In this document: positions 47,129 to 59,186 of the stretch, piece after piece
Numbering within the stretch: the stretch's first letter is position 1
How the letters are laid out: every line of letters starts with the position of its first letter
Source: Diplonema japonicum
Lineage: Eukaryota > Protista > Euglenozoa: Diplonemea
Direction: 5' to 3'
DNA length: 64,000 nucleotides
NCBI GenBank assembly: GCA_964019335.1
Contig: OZ025652.1
Coordinates: 620,001 to 684,000 of the forward strand
Program-made: the position numbers and the translations under genes
Notes under the pieces: generated by a model
The model's database searches: none
What the model was told of the DNA's origin: nothing
What the model saw: only the letters and a program-made list of their open reading frames with translations

Positions 47129-50101
47129 TTAACGGATGCCCTTCTTCTTGGCAATAGCCAGTTCCGCTGCGTGTGCAGCCTGGATACGCTTGGGGACAAT
47201 CTTCAAAGAGGCTGTCAGGGTGCCATCAGCGGCAGACCAGGGCTGTTTTTTTTTTTTTTTTTTTTTTTTTATTTCACTCTTCGTCATTTTCTTCACTCAC
47301 TAGGGGCCTCATTATTTAACGCGAAATGGCCATTATTTAACGCGAAATCGCCATTATTTAACTAGTTAAATAATGAGATTTTGCAGTTAAATAATGGCCC
47401 TTCAGAGTGAAAAAATGGGTCTTGTCGTGGAAAAAAATGCACCCAACCCCTTGAAAAATTTTTTTGGGGTGGGGGTATTTTGACTATTTTTGGCCATCTG
47501 AGGCCATTCCAGCCCTTAAAAGTGGGAATAAGTGCCTTACTTCCCCTTTAAATGCCACGGCGAAATAGCTACCCTGTATTACCTTAGGAAAATCCCCAAA
47601 AAGCTGACCTGCGTGAAAAAAAACAGCAGTGAAAGCAGTGAAGAGTGAGTGACTCAAATGACGAAGAGTGAAATAAAACGACTTACTTGCCGCCAAATGA
47701 GCCATTATTTAACACTCGTTACCCGTTTTTTTGCACTCGGGCCCTGCGGGCCCTCGTGCAAAAAATTCGGGAACTCGAGTTAAATAATGACTCATTATTT
47801 GTTGGCAATAAATAGTTATTTTTTTTTTTTTTTTTTTTTTTTTTGTACCTTGACCAGCAGAGCAACGCCTGCCAGGGTCTCCAGCGAAGAGAGAGGGGGG
47901 TCGACCTCCTTACCACGCTTGTTGAGCGACTTCACCACCTCAGCCTGGATCTTTTCGTTCTTGCACAGCTCCTCAGGGGTGCCGGACACGCCAAGCTCCT
48001 CGGCGAGCTTCTTGAGGCCGTCCACCTTGCACTGCACGAAGCAGATGGGCCTGTCCATGTCGCTGTCACCGTAAGCAGAGCAGCCACCAGCGTCCGTGTC
48101 GACGATCTCACAGGGGTTGAAGGCAAGGTTCATCTTCTCCAATGCAACGTACTCGCCACCCTTCAGCTTCACAAGGTTCTTCTTCCTGTCCACGATCTTG
48201 ATACTCCCGTCCATGAGGATGATGCCGATGTCGCCGGTGTGGAACCACTTCTTCTCGTCGTACTCCGACGCCGTCTCGGCGGGCATCTTGTAGTACCCGT
48301 CCGTCACGTTGGTGCCCCTCACCCAGATCTCACCTCTGCCCTGGCAGGGGGTCCCCATGTGCATCGTGTCAGTCGAAAGGTAAGGCTTGTTGTCGCTGTC
48401 GCAGATATCAGCCTCAGAGTGCACAAGGGTCTCTACCGTCGCAATAGGCGCCCCAGCCACACCCACCCTCCAGTCGTCGACCGCCTGCACCGTAAGCCCA
48501 GCGCAGGTCTCCGTCAACCCGTACCCCTGGATCAAAGGAACGCCCAGCACGGTCCTCACCCACTCCTGCACATCAGCCGAGATGGCACCACCACCGCTGA
48601 CTGCCAGCCTCAACCTGCCACCGAGGGTGGCCGAGATCTTCGAGAACACAAGCTTGTCGAAGACCGGGGTGCCACGGTAGTTGGGGAGGGCGCCCTTCTT
48701 CCACTGCAGGGCAGTGTTGAAGAGGTACGATTTACCCTCGCCACCAGCCTTGATCTTCGCCTCGGCACCCGACTTGATAACCTCCCACACCTTGGGCACA
48801 GCGCCCAGCACGGTAGGCCTGAACTCCTGCAGAGCACCAGTGGGCAGACACTTACCAGGCCCAGCAACAAGGGACTTGGGGTCAGCGTACCCGATGGCAC
48901 CACCGTACCCGAAGCAGAAGAACTCCATCTGTGGTAAGGTTATTGTTATTGTTGTTCTTTATGTTGTACCTGCATCTCGAAAATGTGGGCAAGGGGCAGG
49001 TACCCCACGAGAACTTCACCCTCGTTCAGGTGCGCTCGCTCCTGTGAGAAAAGTTGTGTGCGTGTGAGCAAAAAGTATACCTTGATGGCACCCAGCAGGC
49101 ACACGATCTGGCTGTGACGCACCATGACACCCTTGGGCTTACCGGTGGAGCCAGAGGTGTACATCAGAATGGCGATCTGTGATAAATTGAGCAGCACAAA
49201 AACCATACGTCTCTGGGGTGGGGGGGCGAGGGCTCGATGGCGGCTTCCTTGCCAAGAGCCACGATCTCGGCGAAGGAGTAAACGCCGATGGTGTCATCAC
49301 TGGCGGGCTGCTTCACGCACTGGTCGGGGGTGACGTACAGCGTGCTGTAGATGATGTTCTTCAAGGAGGGCATCTTGTCCTTCTTTGCGAGGATGTTGCT
49401 AACGTTGTGGTAGTTGCAGAAGATGGTAGGGATGTTCGCTTCGTTCACGGCAGAGATCACGGAGTCCACACCAAGGGTGGCGTAGGCGGTGGCCACCACC
49501 ATGGACTGGGACATGGCACCCTGTGCGGCCATGAACCACTCAGCGCAGGTGTCCTCGTAGATAAGAAGGGTGTGGTCACCCGACACATCATTGAAGGACT
49601 GGTCCTGCTCCAGGTGGAGGGGGTTCATCCCGAGTTTCCTCAGACCAGAACCGAAGCTCAGGAAGTTCTCACCCACCTCCTTGAAGGTGAGCCACTTCGT
49701 GGACCCGAACACCTTGGTGGGGAACCTAACGCCCTCAAGCATCTTGTTCTCCAAAAAGGTCCTGGTGCCCAGAGCGTTCTTGTTGGCGTACACACTGATG
49801 GCCCTCCTAGCCATGTCATACAGGGTCCCGATGTCAGGCATAGGCCTGGTCGTGAGCTTTCCTGATGCAATGCTCTCAGCAGCCCAGAAGATTTTGGATG
49901 GCGGCAGGTCGCCGTTGACATCCTCTTCGCCGACAACCTTAGCACGCACGGACTTCACCCTGCTCTTTTGCATGGCCTGTGAATGTGTGACTGTGTTTCG
50001 TTGTTGCATACCATCCAGATGGGTCCGAAGGTGATGAGCCACACCATGAGGTCAAGTCCCTTGAGGACCAACCCGGCAACTTGCAATCCAACACCAACCA
50101 T
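47129..50101 (-). CDS. Long-chain fatty acyl-CoA synthetase; introns 49977-50011, 49177-49208, 49042-49080, 48929-48969, 47243-47848
   Basis: YTSGSTGKPKG, LPLAHIFE, QGYGLTET, FHTGDIG, DRKKNLVKLKGGEYV; last exon PWSAADGTLTASLK..GIR*. Confidence 0.92.
47267..47818 (+). mobile_element. Non-autonomous Helentron/Helitron2-like element, family B, inside the last acyl-CoA synthetase intron
   Basis: Perfect 23-bp IR 47267-47289 / 47656-47678; long hairpin about 47688-47808; termini shared with family A; T-runs of about 25 on both sides. Confidence 0.72.
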
Positions 50102-50191
50102 TTTTTTCGACTATTCTGTGAAGCAGATGGAGTGGAGGGTGGGGAAAAAAAAAAAAAAAAGCTGTAAAAGTAATGAGTAAATGACATGCAG

Positions 50192-51364
50192 TTAGAACCC
50201 GTACTGTGCCTTAGCTCTACCCCTCACAGAGCGGAACTGCTCGTTAGCGTTTGCGACTTCGTTGCGCTGTGCAACCGCCTGCTGAGCGAGGTGCCTGCAG
50301 TGCGGATATAAGTCTCGTCAGGTGGACATACATTATGTGGTTAGGCGCCGTTGTAGCGTTGCCCAATGTGGTGGTGTAGTTCCTTGCTTGCTCCTGACCT
50401 GGCACGTTCAGCTTCTCTCTGTATTCAGCAAGTTTAGCATCTTGGTTGACTGCAATAACACCGGTTTGCACATCCGCTTCTTCCTGCATTCTCTGTTTAT
50501 ACTCCGCAAGGTCCTCGTAGTACTTCGTCCAAGCAGCTCGGGCGGCCTCTTCGTCTTCTTTTGCCTTCTCACTTCCCTCCTCACCTTTAGATACTGCTTG
50601 CCGTTCTTCAACAGGCTCCGGAGCTTTTCTGTTTTTGAACGTGAACTGCGCTCTCTGTAGTTTGGGAGGTTTTAAAGAAGAGAAAATGCCCCCCCCCCCC
50701 CCCCCCCCCTCACTCAGTGATTTGCTTTAAAATATTTGATTTTCCGGTCCAAGGTATAGTATTTGAAGTATTCAGCAGAAATAAGTAGAAGACATACTTT
50801 TATGGTTACGGGACCGGTCCGTGGCTTGGTGTTCACTGGTGTAAGAGATGTTGGCTTAGGTGGTGGTGGTGAGCTGCTTTGGCTTTCGTCTGGCATCAAC
50901 GAGGTGATAACCTCTGTTGCTGGTTCATCCTCTTCGTGTTCGTGGCCTGACTCATCGTCGTCGCTGCCATAGGCCAGCAGGGACTGGAGGCCCTTCACCT
51001 TGGCGAGTTTCTTTTTAGGGTTCTCCTCTGACCGCATCTCGGCAGGCTTCTCATCGCCGACGTTAAGGTTTTCCCGCACCTCGAACTCAGTAGTCCGTCC
51101 CTTGTCAACGTCATCAAAGGTCTCACGTGCCCTCTTCTTCGGTGCAGGTAGCAGTGCTGCAAGTCCCGTGCCCCGCACGCCCACGTCGTCGTCACGCAGT
51201 CTTTTACGCTCCTGTATCTCCCTCTCTAGATCCTCTGCCTCCCCATCCCCTCCTATTTCCTCGAGGAACGACATATCCACAACCTGCTCCACGTCTTTTG
51301 CCTTCTTCTTCTTCTTTTTCTTCTTCTTCTCCCCAACTGCGGGCAGCATCTCAGACAGCCCCAT
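50192..51364 (-). CDS. PRCC-like protein; introns 50655-50797, 50295-50331
   Basis: LAALLPAPKK motif; the spliced C-terminus NHIMHLAQQA..RAKAQYGF* resembles the PRCC C-terminus as I recall it. Confidence 0.6.
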
Positions 51365-51522
51365 CTTCTTTTTGCGGGGTGTTGCCTTGAAGTATAATCA
51401 GTTTGTTTTTTTTTTTTTAAAGAAATTCAAATTCCTTTTTTCTAGAACAGGGAAAAAGAAAAAAAGAAAAAAAAAAGGAAAAAACTTCAGAATGGGCTAA
51501 AATAAACCTTTGCTTTGACTTT

Positions 51523-53922
51523 TCAGCTGCTCTTGTACTTGGCTGTAACAGCTTCAAGCAGCAAAATGAGTTCCGCATGCAACTCGGGATGCTGTGCAGA
51601 AGAGAGCGCGGTGTGTCGCGAGGCATCCTGCGTGTGTGTGCGGACGTGACCCCTAACCTTCAAACATACCAATAACACATCGCGAAGCAGAGTGCCTTCA
51701 GCAGGTGCAGGTGCAGAGGTAGAAGGAGGTGCAGGCACTGGTGAGGGTGTAGGCGAGGGTGGCTTTGCCGGGGTGCCATTCAGAAGGTCCATCCTCCTCC
51801 TCTTGACCACAGGAAGGACCTCTTTCTTAGCATCGATGACCACACCTGGTGGGTTGCACATTAACGGTGTTGACCTCTCGGTGTGCAACTGTAGGAACGT
51901 CTCAGGTAGCACTGCCTTTTTCGAATGTTTTGCAGTTAACTGTTTTTGTTGTTTGTATTACTTTCACCACCATACCTCTGCCAGTGACTGCCCCCCTTGA
52001 CCCACAAGCATGGTGTCGAGCCCAGCAGTCCCAAGGTACTTCTGCGTCCCTTTCACATTGTTCAGGAACACAAACGCACTCCAACTGTTGTCGTCAAGCT
52101 TCGGGAGCTTCAGCGCCGGCGGGCACCAGCTTGTTCCGATCTTCTCATCGTACCGTGACAAACGCCGCATCATCTTCGTGGCGGCCAGTGCTGCTGTAGG
52201 CCCTGTTGCGTGCACCATCCAAGTCATGAACTGTCCCACGAGGATCGTCAGATCAGCAGCAGGGAAGATAGGTAGCAAAGCAGATGAGATCTCGAAGGCC
52301 GACATGGTCGCCCTGTCAGGCGATGCCTCTTTCGCTGCGATGCATGCGTTGATTTTAGTCTTCGCGTGCTTCCATATTTGCTTCAGTACCTTTGCAACCT
52401 CGTCTTCCTTTGTCTTGAGGGTGAGCACAGGACACGTGCACTCCTGGCGTACTGCAGGACTTGTCAACGTCTGCACTGGCTCGCAGCACCCACACCCCTT
52501 GTCGCCGTAGGCACCTTCCCACTGGCAGGGCCGCAGTCGCACCACAGCCAGCATGCGTGCTGCGATGACCAGTGCCTCGTCGTCGCCCTCTGTCTTCTCC
52601 GCACCGAGCAGCCCAAGGATCTTCAACCACACTGATTTTCGGCTATGCAGCAACCACTGCAACACCTTCCTTGGCAACCGTTCAAGCACGGCAGCATCTT
52701 CCACAGTGTTCACAGCCTCCAGTTTTTCCATCAGAGTTTCTTTTGAACCCTCTGGGCACCACAACACCCTCAGTACGTGCTTCAACCTTTCTTGCTGATG
52801 TTTCTCATTTGCACCCAGCAGCAGCTTCGTTGCAGTTTCCTCAGCACTTGCCTTCCACTTGTCGCCCGACATATGCCGCATGTACCCCCACACTTCACAC
52901 GCAACGAGGAAGGATAAGGGCGACCCACTCCCGACAGCGCTATACAAGCACTCCTCTACCGAGTGAAGGTGTATACTCGGCATGTGTGTGCAAAAAACGC
53001 ATATTGCAACGGCGGCCATCGTAGAAACCGGAAGGGAGTCCTCAGCAGGGACAGCGTACGTCATATCTGCTGGGAGAGCATTGGGTGATGATGGGCTCAA
53101 GGCCAGCAGTACGTAGCGCACACACTGTGATGCTAGGAGCGAGGCCTCCTGCGAGTTGGGAGGGTTGAGAAGGATCCCACAAGCAGCCGAGAATCTCCCG
53201 AAGACGGTCAGGGTTTTGTCCGGGGCAAGCAGACCGCGAAGGAATGCCACCTTAGAACCGTGCTTCCACTCAGGTGCTTCTAGTGAAATTTTGACGCTTG
53301 TTTCGAAGACAGTTATACGGGGGCGCCACTGAGTGGTGGTCTCCCACGCGGGGTCAAGGAAGGGGTCCGCGAGCATCTTGAGCATGATAAAGGTTCTGCT
53401 AAACATGACGGGGGCTGACAGAGCACAACCCGGGAATGATTTCTCGATCGCTACTAACTGCGAAGAGTAGAACCTGAAGTGCACTAGCACAACGCCTTTC
53501 AGAGGTGCCTCGACAAGGGGCTTCGTGCTCAGCAGTGCAATCAGCTTGTCACAGAGCTCGTCCAACTTGCCCATGCAAAGGGAGATGATAGAGGTGACAG
53601 CAGGCCTCAAACTTTCATGAGGATGCCCTGCCGACTCTTTGATTATGTGCTGCAAGCACTTCATCCATAAGTGGTTCAGTGCCTTCCCATCGGTGCACTT
53701 TTCGCAAGCCACTTTCAATGCCTCCAAACAATCCGCAACGTCCTGAGGGCACGCAGCACCCCACTTGATATCCTGTATCGCCTCGCTCATCTTCTCAACA
53801 GATTTTAGGTCCAGCTCGCCTTCCGTTCCCTTCATCACGCCAATCACTTGCTTCACACTCGCCAGCTCTTCTACTCCGCGCGTCATGTCCGTGTCCATGT
53901 TGGTTAGTGGTGCAATAGGCAT
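51523..53922 (-). CDS. Alpha-helical hypothetical protein, possibly FIRRM/C1orf112-like; introns 51940-51975 and probably 51628-51669
   Basis: 652-aa ORF joined to the downstream ORF; only the segment ICVFCTHMP..LVACEVWGY recalls C1orf112 (unverified). Confidence 0.45.
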
Positions 53923-54016
53923 TACATGTTCACCCCAACTGTGTGTAAATAGTACAAAGAGAAAGAGGAGGAAGTAAAATTATAACATTAAACTCTTAAG
54001 GGACATGTGTAGAGGG

Positions 54017-55123
54017 TTATGCCTTGCCATGGTTCCCAGACTCGCCGTCCCAGGCACAGGACGCGTACCACGGCGTGTGCTGAAGGGGCATGTTGTTGAA
54101 CACCTTAGAAAGGGCTGGGAGGCAACTCTGCCTGCGGGCCTTCATGTTCTTCAATTTTTGCAGCGAGTTCGACGACTGCGACTCAGGGAATGGGGCAAAT
54201 GGCGCACGCGCGTAAATAGGCCCCATGCGCGACATATTGGCAACCAGGAAGTTAAAGGCAATGTCGTCGCAGAGGAGTGAGTCGATCGTCTCGCGAAGCT
54301 GCGGTGCGGCAGCGTCGTAAGCTTGCCAGTAGCGCCTGTGGCCCATGAGTGCGCGTGGGAGGGCGATGGAGTAGACCTTCCTACCAGAGTCGTCGGTGTG
54401 GCGCGGGGAGTAAGCGAAGGTACCGGTCAGCTTCATGCCTGTCCTGCGTTCGGCCTTGTCGATAGCAGCTTGTTGGTCGGAGTGTGCACGCACATCCACA
54501 CCAATAAGCCTGTCTGGGGCAGACCGCCAGATGTCGAAGAGGCACCGTGCCCCTCTCGCCTTGACGTTCACGTCATCGTCCATGTTCAAGACTGCATCTG
54601 TCTTCACGCTGCGCCAGACACGCCACCTGTTGTCGAGCTTGTTAGCTGCCTGCGGCAAGATGCGGAGAGGCACAGATGTGGTGTGCGTGAGTGCCTCGAT
54701 GCTGGCAGGCACCTGCGACGCGTTCCCATTCCAAACAAGAAGTATTTCAGCAGCAATATCCCCCCACCCCTGCACCTCCTCAATGATGCCCGCTAACCGG
54801 TGGAACCTCTCGCTCTTCGGGTATGACATCAGGACTACCGTGAACCGTTCTGTGTCCGAAGGCAGTTTCTGCACCACACGAGGGTGATGTGCCTCGCCAT
54901 GCGTGTGGGTTGCTTGATGGTCCCTCGTTTTTACAAGCTTCTTGTTAACTCTTCTTTCAATCTCTAAATCTAATCGCAGCCTCTCGAGCTCTTCCTCTTT
55001 TACATCCCGCCTCATGCTCCCCTTCACAAGCCCCCATGTCTGCGTCCACAGCAAGATCACCACTACCAGCCAAAGCGTAATACAAGGGTTCAGCCCATTC
55101 CCAGAAGGGGTCTCTTTTGACAT
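54017..55123 (-). CDS. Glycosyltransferase family 64 (EXTL2-like), type II membrane protein; start uncertain
   Basis: N-terminal TM, FTVVLMSY, EILLVWN, NKLDNR, VLNMDDD (DxD), CDDIAFNFLV. Confidence 0.82.
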   Translation of the reverse strand: MSKETPSGNGLNPCITLWLVVVILLWTQTWGLVKGSMRRDVKEEELERLRLDLEIERRVNKKLVKTRDHQATHTHGEAHHPRVVQKLPSDTERFTVVLMSYPKSERFHRLAGIIEEVQGWGDIAAEILLVWNGNASQVPASIEALTHTTSVPLRILPQAANKLDNRWRVWRSVKTDAVLNMDDDVNVKARGARCLFDIWRSAPDRLIGVDVRAHSDQQAAIDKAERRTGMKLTGTFAYSPRHTDDSGRKVYSIALPRALMGHRRYWQAYDAAAPQLRETIDSLLCDDIAFNFLVANMSRMGPIYARAPFAPFPESQSSNSLQKLKNMKARRQSCLPALSKVFNNMPLQHTPWYASCAWDGESGNHGKA

Positions 55124-55716
55124 CCCCCCAATCTTGAATTGAAAAATAAAAAAAGAAGTGACGTAACAGCATAAAACGGAAAGAATATAAATAAAGGCTG
55201 TTGACACTATGTGTAAATATGCAACTGAGGGAAGGGGGTAGTGTAACGGGGGTGTTTTTGCTTAAGGTTTTCATGCTGTTTTCTGCCACACGCTCTGTGT
55301 GTGGTGGGTGATTGTTTTCTTGTTTTTTTTTTCATTCTCTCCTAGCCATACCGATGCGGCAGCTTCGTTTTTGAAGCCGAACTCACTGCACGTCCCTATC
55401 CTCCACCCCTTGTCGATGTGCTGGGAGAGCGAGGGCCCGTTTTCCACGCGTTGCTGTGTAGCGTTTTACTCCACCCCATTCGTTCTCCTTTTCCCCCATA
55501 CTTGAAAACATCTCCTGTGGTCTTTGTTGTCAGCCCTCCACACGGGGATGTGCGCTGTGTTCTGAGACTGGCTGATCGGCATTGTGGTTCCCCCTTCGTC
55601 CTGACAAAATAAATATAGGAAGTAGAATTGAAATAACAGACAACTACTTTTTTTTTTAAAAAGGGCTAAAAGACCCCTGAGATAAGAAACACTCCCTTTC
55701 CCCCTACTTTTTCCTT

Positions 55717-56427
55717 TTATGCTTTGAACATCTCCTTCAGCTCTGTTTGGGAATATTTTTCAGTTGGGCGTAGATTCTCGAATATAAGCCCTTCTATGGT
55801 AGGCAAGATGGGGAATTTTACAGAAGATTTCTTTCCACGACCTGGGTGGGGCCGTCCTGTCTTTGGACAGAAGTAGTATGTGTCGCCAAATTCACAGGTG
55901 CGGCAGGTGACGGAGGGGGGAGGCCGTTCTTTCTGTTGTTGTTGTTCTCGTTCCCTTTCCTTTTCCCGTTGTTCCCTTTCCCATTTTTGTTGGTCTCGTT
56001 CCCTGTCTCTGCGGTCTCTCTCTGCTTTTTCCTTCCATTCCTCTTCTTGTTTATATGAATACCATTGGTCCTTTGTGTAGCCTCCGTATTGCTGTCTTTC
56101 TCTTTCAAGTTTTTCCATTTCCAAGGAACGGGCATCGCTTGATCCCTTTGAACCCCCTTTCCAACCCTTCCCGCCCTGCGGCGCTGCGCCCTTTTTACCG
56201 CCCTTACCTCCTCTGCCACCGCCGCTCGGCATACCCCCATCTTTCTTCGCAATTTCCTGGAACGAAGGAGTTGGAGGCAGGGGGACACCCAGTCGATGGT
56301 TTGCTCTTATTTTGTCAATCCAATCTGACACGGCCCCTCTGTTGTTGGGTTCTAGCCTGTTTTCAAAGAAATCTTCTATAAGGCTTTTTGCGGAAGCCGG
56401 GAGAGTAATGCGCTTTAAGTCATCCAT
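55717..56427 (-). CDS. Hypothetical G/K-rich and charged protein with a CxxC..CxxTGxxH motif; 3' end uncertain
   Basis: 236-aa ORF on the coding strand of the cluster. Confidence 0.55.
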   Translation of the reverse strand: MDDLKRITLPASAKSLIEDFFENRLEPNNRGAVSDWIDKIRANHRLGVPLPPTPSFQEIAKKDGGMPSGGGRGGKGGKKGAAPQGGKGWKGGSKGSSDARSLEMEKLERERQQYGGYTKDQWYSYKQEEEWKEKAERDRRDRERDQQKWEREQREKEREREQQQQKERPPPSVTCRTCEFGDTYYFCPKTGRPHPGRGKKSSVKFPILPTIEGLIFENLRPTEKYSQTELKEMFKA

Positions 56428-56975
56428 TATTTCCCCTCCCCTTCACCTGTTTTTTGTTTCCTTTTTTTTCTTTCTTTTAAAATTCTAATTTGTACTTTGC
56501 TAGAATGGTAATCTCACAAAGAAGAAGAAGAAAAAAATACGGATAACAGAAGAAGAAATATTAAGGGGGAAAGAAACTAAAAGAAGAAAGAAAAAAGAAA
56601 GAAAGAAACAAAAGAGGGAACCTTGAGAGAACGGGGGAGGAAAGACAAAAAAAAAATCATAAAGTGAAAGACCCCCTTCTGCCCGGTCCCTTCCCCCTTC
56701 CTTTGTTAGATGATCCTGTAAAGATCATCATTTTCTCCCCCTTCCTTTTATCCTTTCCCCCAGTTTGCCAGGGGTTTTTTTTCTTGCTCTTTTAGTTTCT
56801 CCTTAAAAGAGTGAATAAGAAAACACACAATAACCTCACGCAACGGGTCCCTTGAACCGCGTATCCCTCACTTTCTTTCGCTTCCCCCCCCCCCCCCCCC
56901 CCCCTCGCAACTCAACCTCTTTACAACACTTTTAAACTAAAAAAAAAGTTTTTTTCCCCATTTTTTTCTTCTTTT

Positions 56976-57782
56976 TTACCTCCTGCCCCACAAGAACATG
57001 AAGATAAATAAGTACGGAAGAAGAGAAGATATCAAAGGAAGCAGCATAATGAAGAGTGGGATGCAGAGCAACGCGAGGGTTGGGCTGAGCGAAAGGGGGT
57101 TGGGTTGGTGTTGGTGTCGTTGTTGCTGCTGCTGTTGCTGCTGGCGTCGGCGGCGAGGGGGGCCACCGAAATTCATGGTGAAGGCAGGGCCGCCACCAAA
57201 ACTAGTGAAGTGGACACCCCCAGGCATACCGCCACCCATGCCATGCGCACCCATCCCGCCAAACATTTCTCTGAAAATGTCCTCCGGATTGAAATCAGTT
57301 GGCATCCCTCCACCACCATTCATCCTTTCTGGGTCGCCGCCACTTGCATCATACTGATCTCTTTTCTTTGATAAGGTATCGTAAGCTTGGGTGACGATCT
57401 TAAATGCTTCTTCGCCCCGTTCTTCACGGCACTTGTCAGGGTGCAGACGCATGGCTAATTTTTTGTACGATTTACTTATCTCGTTTTCCGTTGCCGTTTT
57501 GCTCACCGACAGTATTTCGTAATAACATTTTGTCTTCAAGATTCTTTTAATCTCCTGTTTTATCACCACATTGTTGGTTGTGGGCGCTGCCCGTGGGGGA
57601 GACGACGCAGCAGGCTTCGCAGGTGCTTCCACAGGCGTCTCCACCCCACCTTTCAACTCCCCGCTGCGGAGCATCTTCACTGCACCCACCAAATCGCTTA
57701 ATTCAAAAAATTTCGACGTATCGATACGAGCCTCTCTCAGCTCCGACATCAACTCCTTTTGGGACATATTTTCAACCTCCAT
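56976..57782 (-). CDS. DnaJ-domain protein with G/F-rich region and C-terminal TM
   Basis: YYEILSV..LHPDK J-domain; PEDIFREMFGG; hydrophobic tail. Confidence 0.88.
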   Translation of the reverse strand: MEVENMSQKELMSELREARIDTSKFFELSDLVGAVKMLRSGELKGGVETPVEAPAKPAASSPPRAAPTTNNVVIKQEIKRILKTKCYYEILSVSKTATENEISKSYKKLAMRLHPDKCREERGEEAFKIVTQAYDTLSKKRDQYDASGGDPERMNGGGGMPTDFNPEDIFREMFGGMGAHGMGGGMPGGVHFTSFGGGPAFTMNFGGPPRRRRQQQQQQQQRHQHQPNPLSLSPTLALLCIPLFIMLLPLISSLLPYLFIFMFLWGRR

Positions 57783-58044
57783 TGTTTATTCCTTTTTATT
57801 TTCCCCCGTTTTTTTATATCGTGTGATCTGGGTTTTTTTTAACACAAACCCGAGGCACACGTGTTTCCTCCCCCACCTTTTTTTTTTTTTTTTTTAAATT
57901 GTCTGGAAAAAGTGGGGGGGGGGACAAAAAAAAATATCATTTAAAAAAAAAAGGAAATACATACATCATAGAATACTGGTGTTACGGGGGGAGGGACAAA
58001 ACAAAACAAAAAAACACTTTTTTTTTTTTGTATTTTTTTTTTTT

Positions 58045-59109
58045 TTACAAGATTTTTTTACTTTTCACCCCACGGGGCGTAATCGCACGGACCCGACGAA
58101 CTGCAGGGGAGTGTGACGCCCTTGCGGGGGCTGGCGGGGACCTTGATGCAAGGGCAGCACGTGAGAGCCTCACAGGCACAGGAGAAGTAGATGCAAGCCG
58201 AGGTGCTGGAATAGGACTTCTCGCCTGACTAGACAGAAACGCATCGTACGTAGGTGTAGGAAGCCTGACGACATCATGGTGGATGGGTGGGGAATGCTGC
58301 ACTGTCTCCTCAATGCAACACTGTATCCCAATAGACCTGATGGGCCACAGTTCAGAATTCACGTTGAATTCCGCAGCCCCGGGCATCTTTACTACTTCGG
58401 GCTTCGATGTTGTTATCCTGTTTTGTGTGTGGGTTGTTAATAATTTAAAATCATACCTCCCGCCCTGCAGTCGGGATGGTGAATACTGCAGAAGCCCCCC
58501 GTCAGCTTGGCAGGTGGCGTCGTGTGTCTCAACTCTGCGATCGCTAGAGTTACGCGCTTTTATAATTCTTCGCAAGCGGGAGTTTTCCATTTCAAGAGAC
58601 GCTTGTTTTTCTAATTTTCCTTTCTGGTATGTTATCTTGCTCTGCAAGGCTTTGTACAGCTCCGGTTCAGACAGAGGACCGCTATGGGTGTGGCATAGGA
58701 TTTCATAAGTTGTGTCAGCGTTTAAAGCAGCTTCAGACATTACAGTGTTGAGGGAGGTGATGAGTGAGGAGATGAGCTGGGCTTTGCTTTCAAGCTTTTC
58801 GTTGTGCGGGGGAGGGGGTTGTTTGTGGCTGTGTTTCATGGGGGTGGCGAGGTGTTGGTATTGGTGCGGGCGGCTTGAGATCAGAATGCTGTTTAATTTA
58901 CTAACACCATCGACAGTAGCGCTCATCGAGCTCACCATCTCGTGCACGAGGGCCCGTGTTGAGTCAATCTCGGATGTCAACCGTTCGTTCTCTTTTTCAA
59001 CCGCTTCCTTTTCCTCGTTGCATCTTTGCAGTTTTTTAGCAAGCTGGACGCTTAGCTCTCTTATCTCATTGTTTTCCTCTTTCAGCATTTCACAGTCATT
59101 TTCCGGCAT
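58045..59109 (-). CDS. Hypothetical coiled-coil protein
   Basis: 354-aa ORF with heptad-like N-terminus. Confidence 0.6.
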   Translation of the reverse strand: MPENDCEMLKEENNEIRELSVQLAKKLQRCNEEKEAVEKENERLTSEIDSTRALVHEMVSSMSATVDGVSKLNSILISSRPHQYQHLATPMKHSHKQPPPPHNEKLESKAQLISSLITSLNTVMSEAALNADTTYEILCHTHSGPLSEPELYKALQSKITYQKGKLEKQASLEMENSRLRRIIKARNSSDRRVETHDATCQADGGLLQYSPSRLQGGRYDFKLLTTHTQNRITTSKPEVVKMPGAAEFNVNSELWPIRSIGIQCCIEETVQHSPPIHHDVVRLPTPTYDAFLSSQARSPIPAPRLASTSPVPVRLSRAALASRSPPAPARASHSPAVRRVRAITPRGVKSKKIL

Positions 59110-59186
59110 TTTCCCCCCTTTTTTTTAGAAGTTCGGAGGGAGGGGAAGAAAAAAAAAAATTGAGTTTTTTTTTGTTTTTTTTTGTT

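Noticed and set aside
55384-55600. Possible extra 3' exon of the 55717-56427 gene
   Set aside because: An acceptor-like CAG exists, but I could not identify a convincing in-frame donor.
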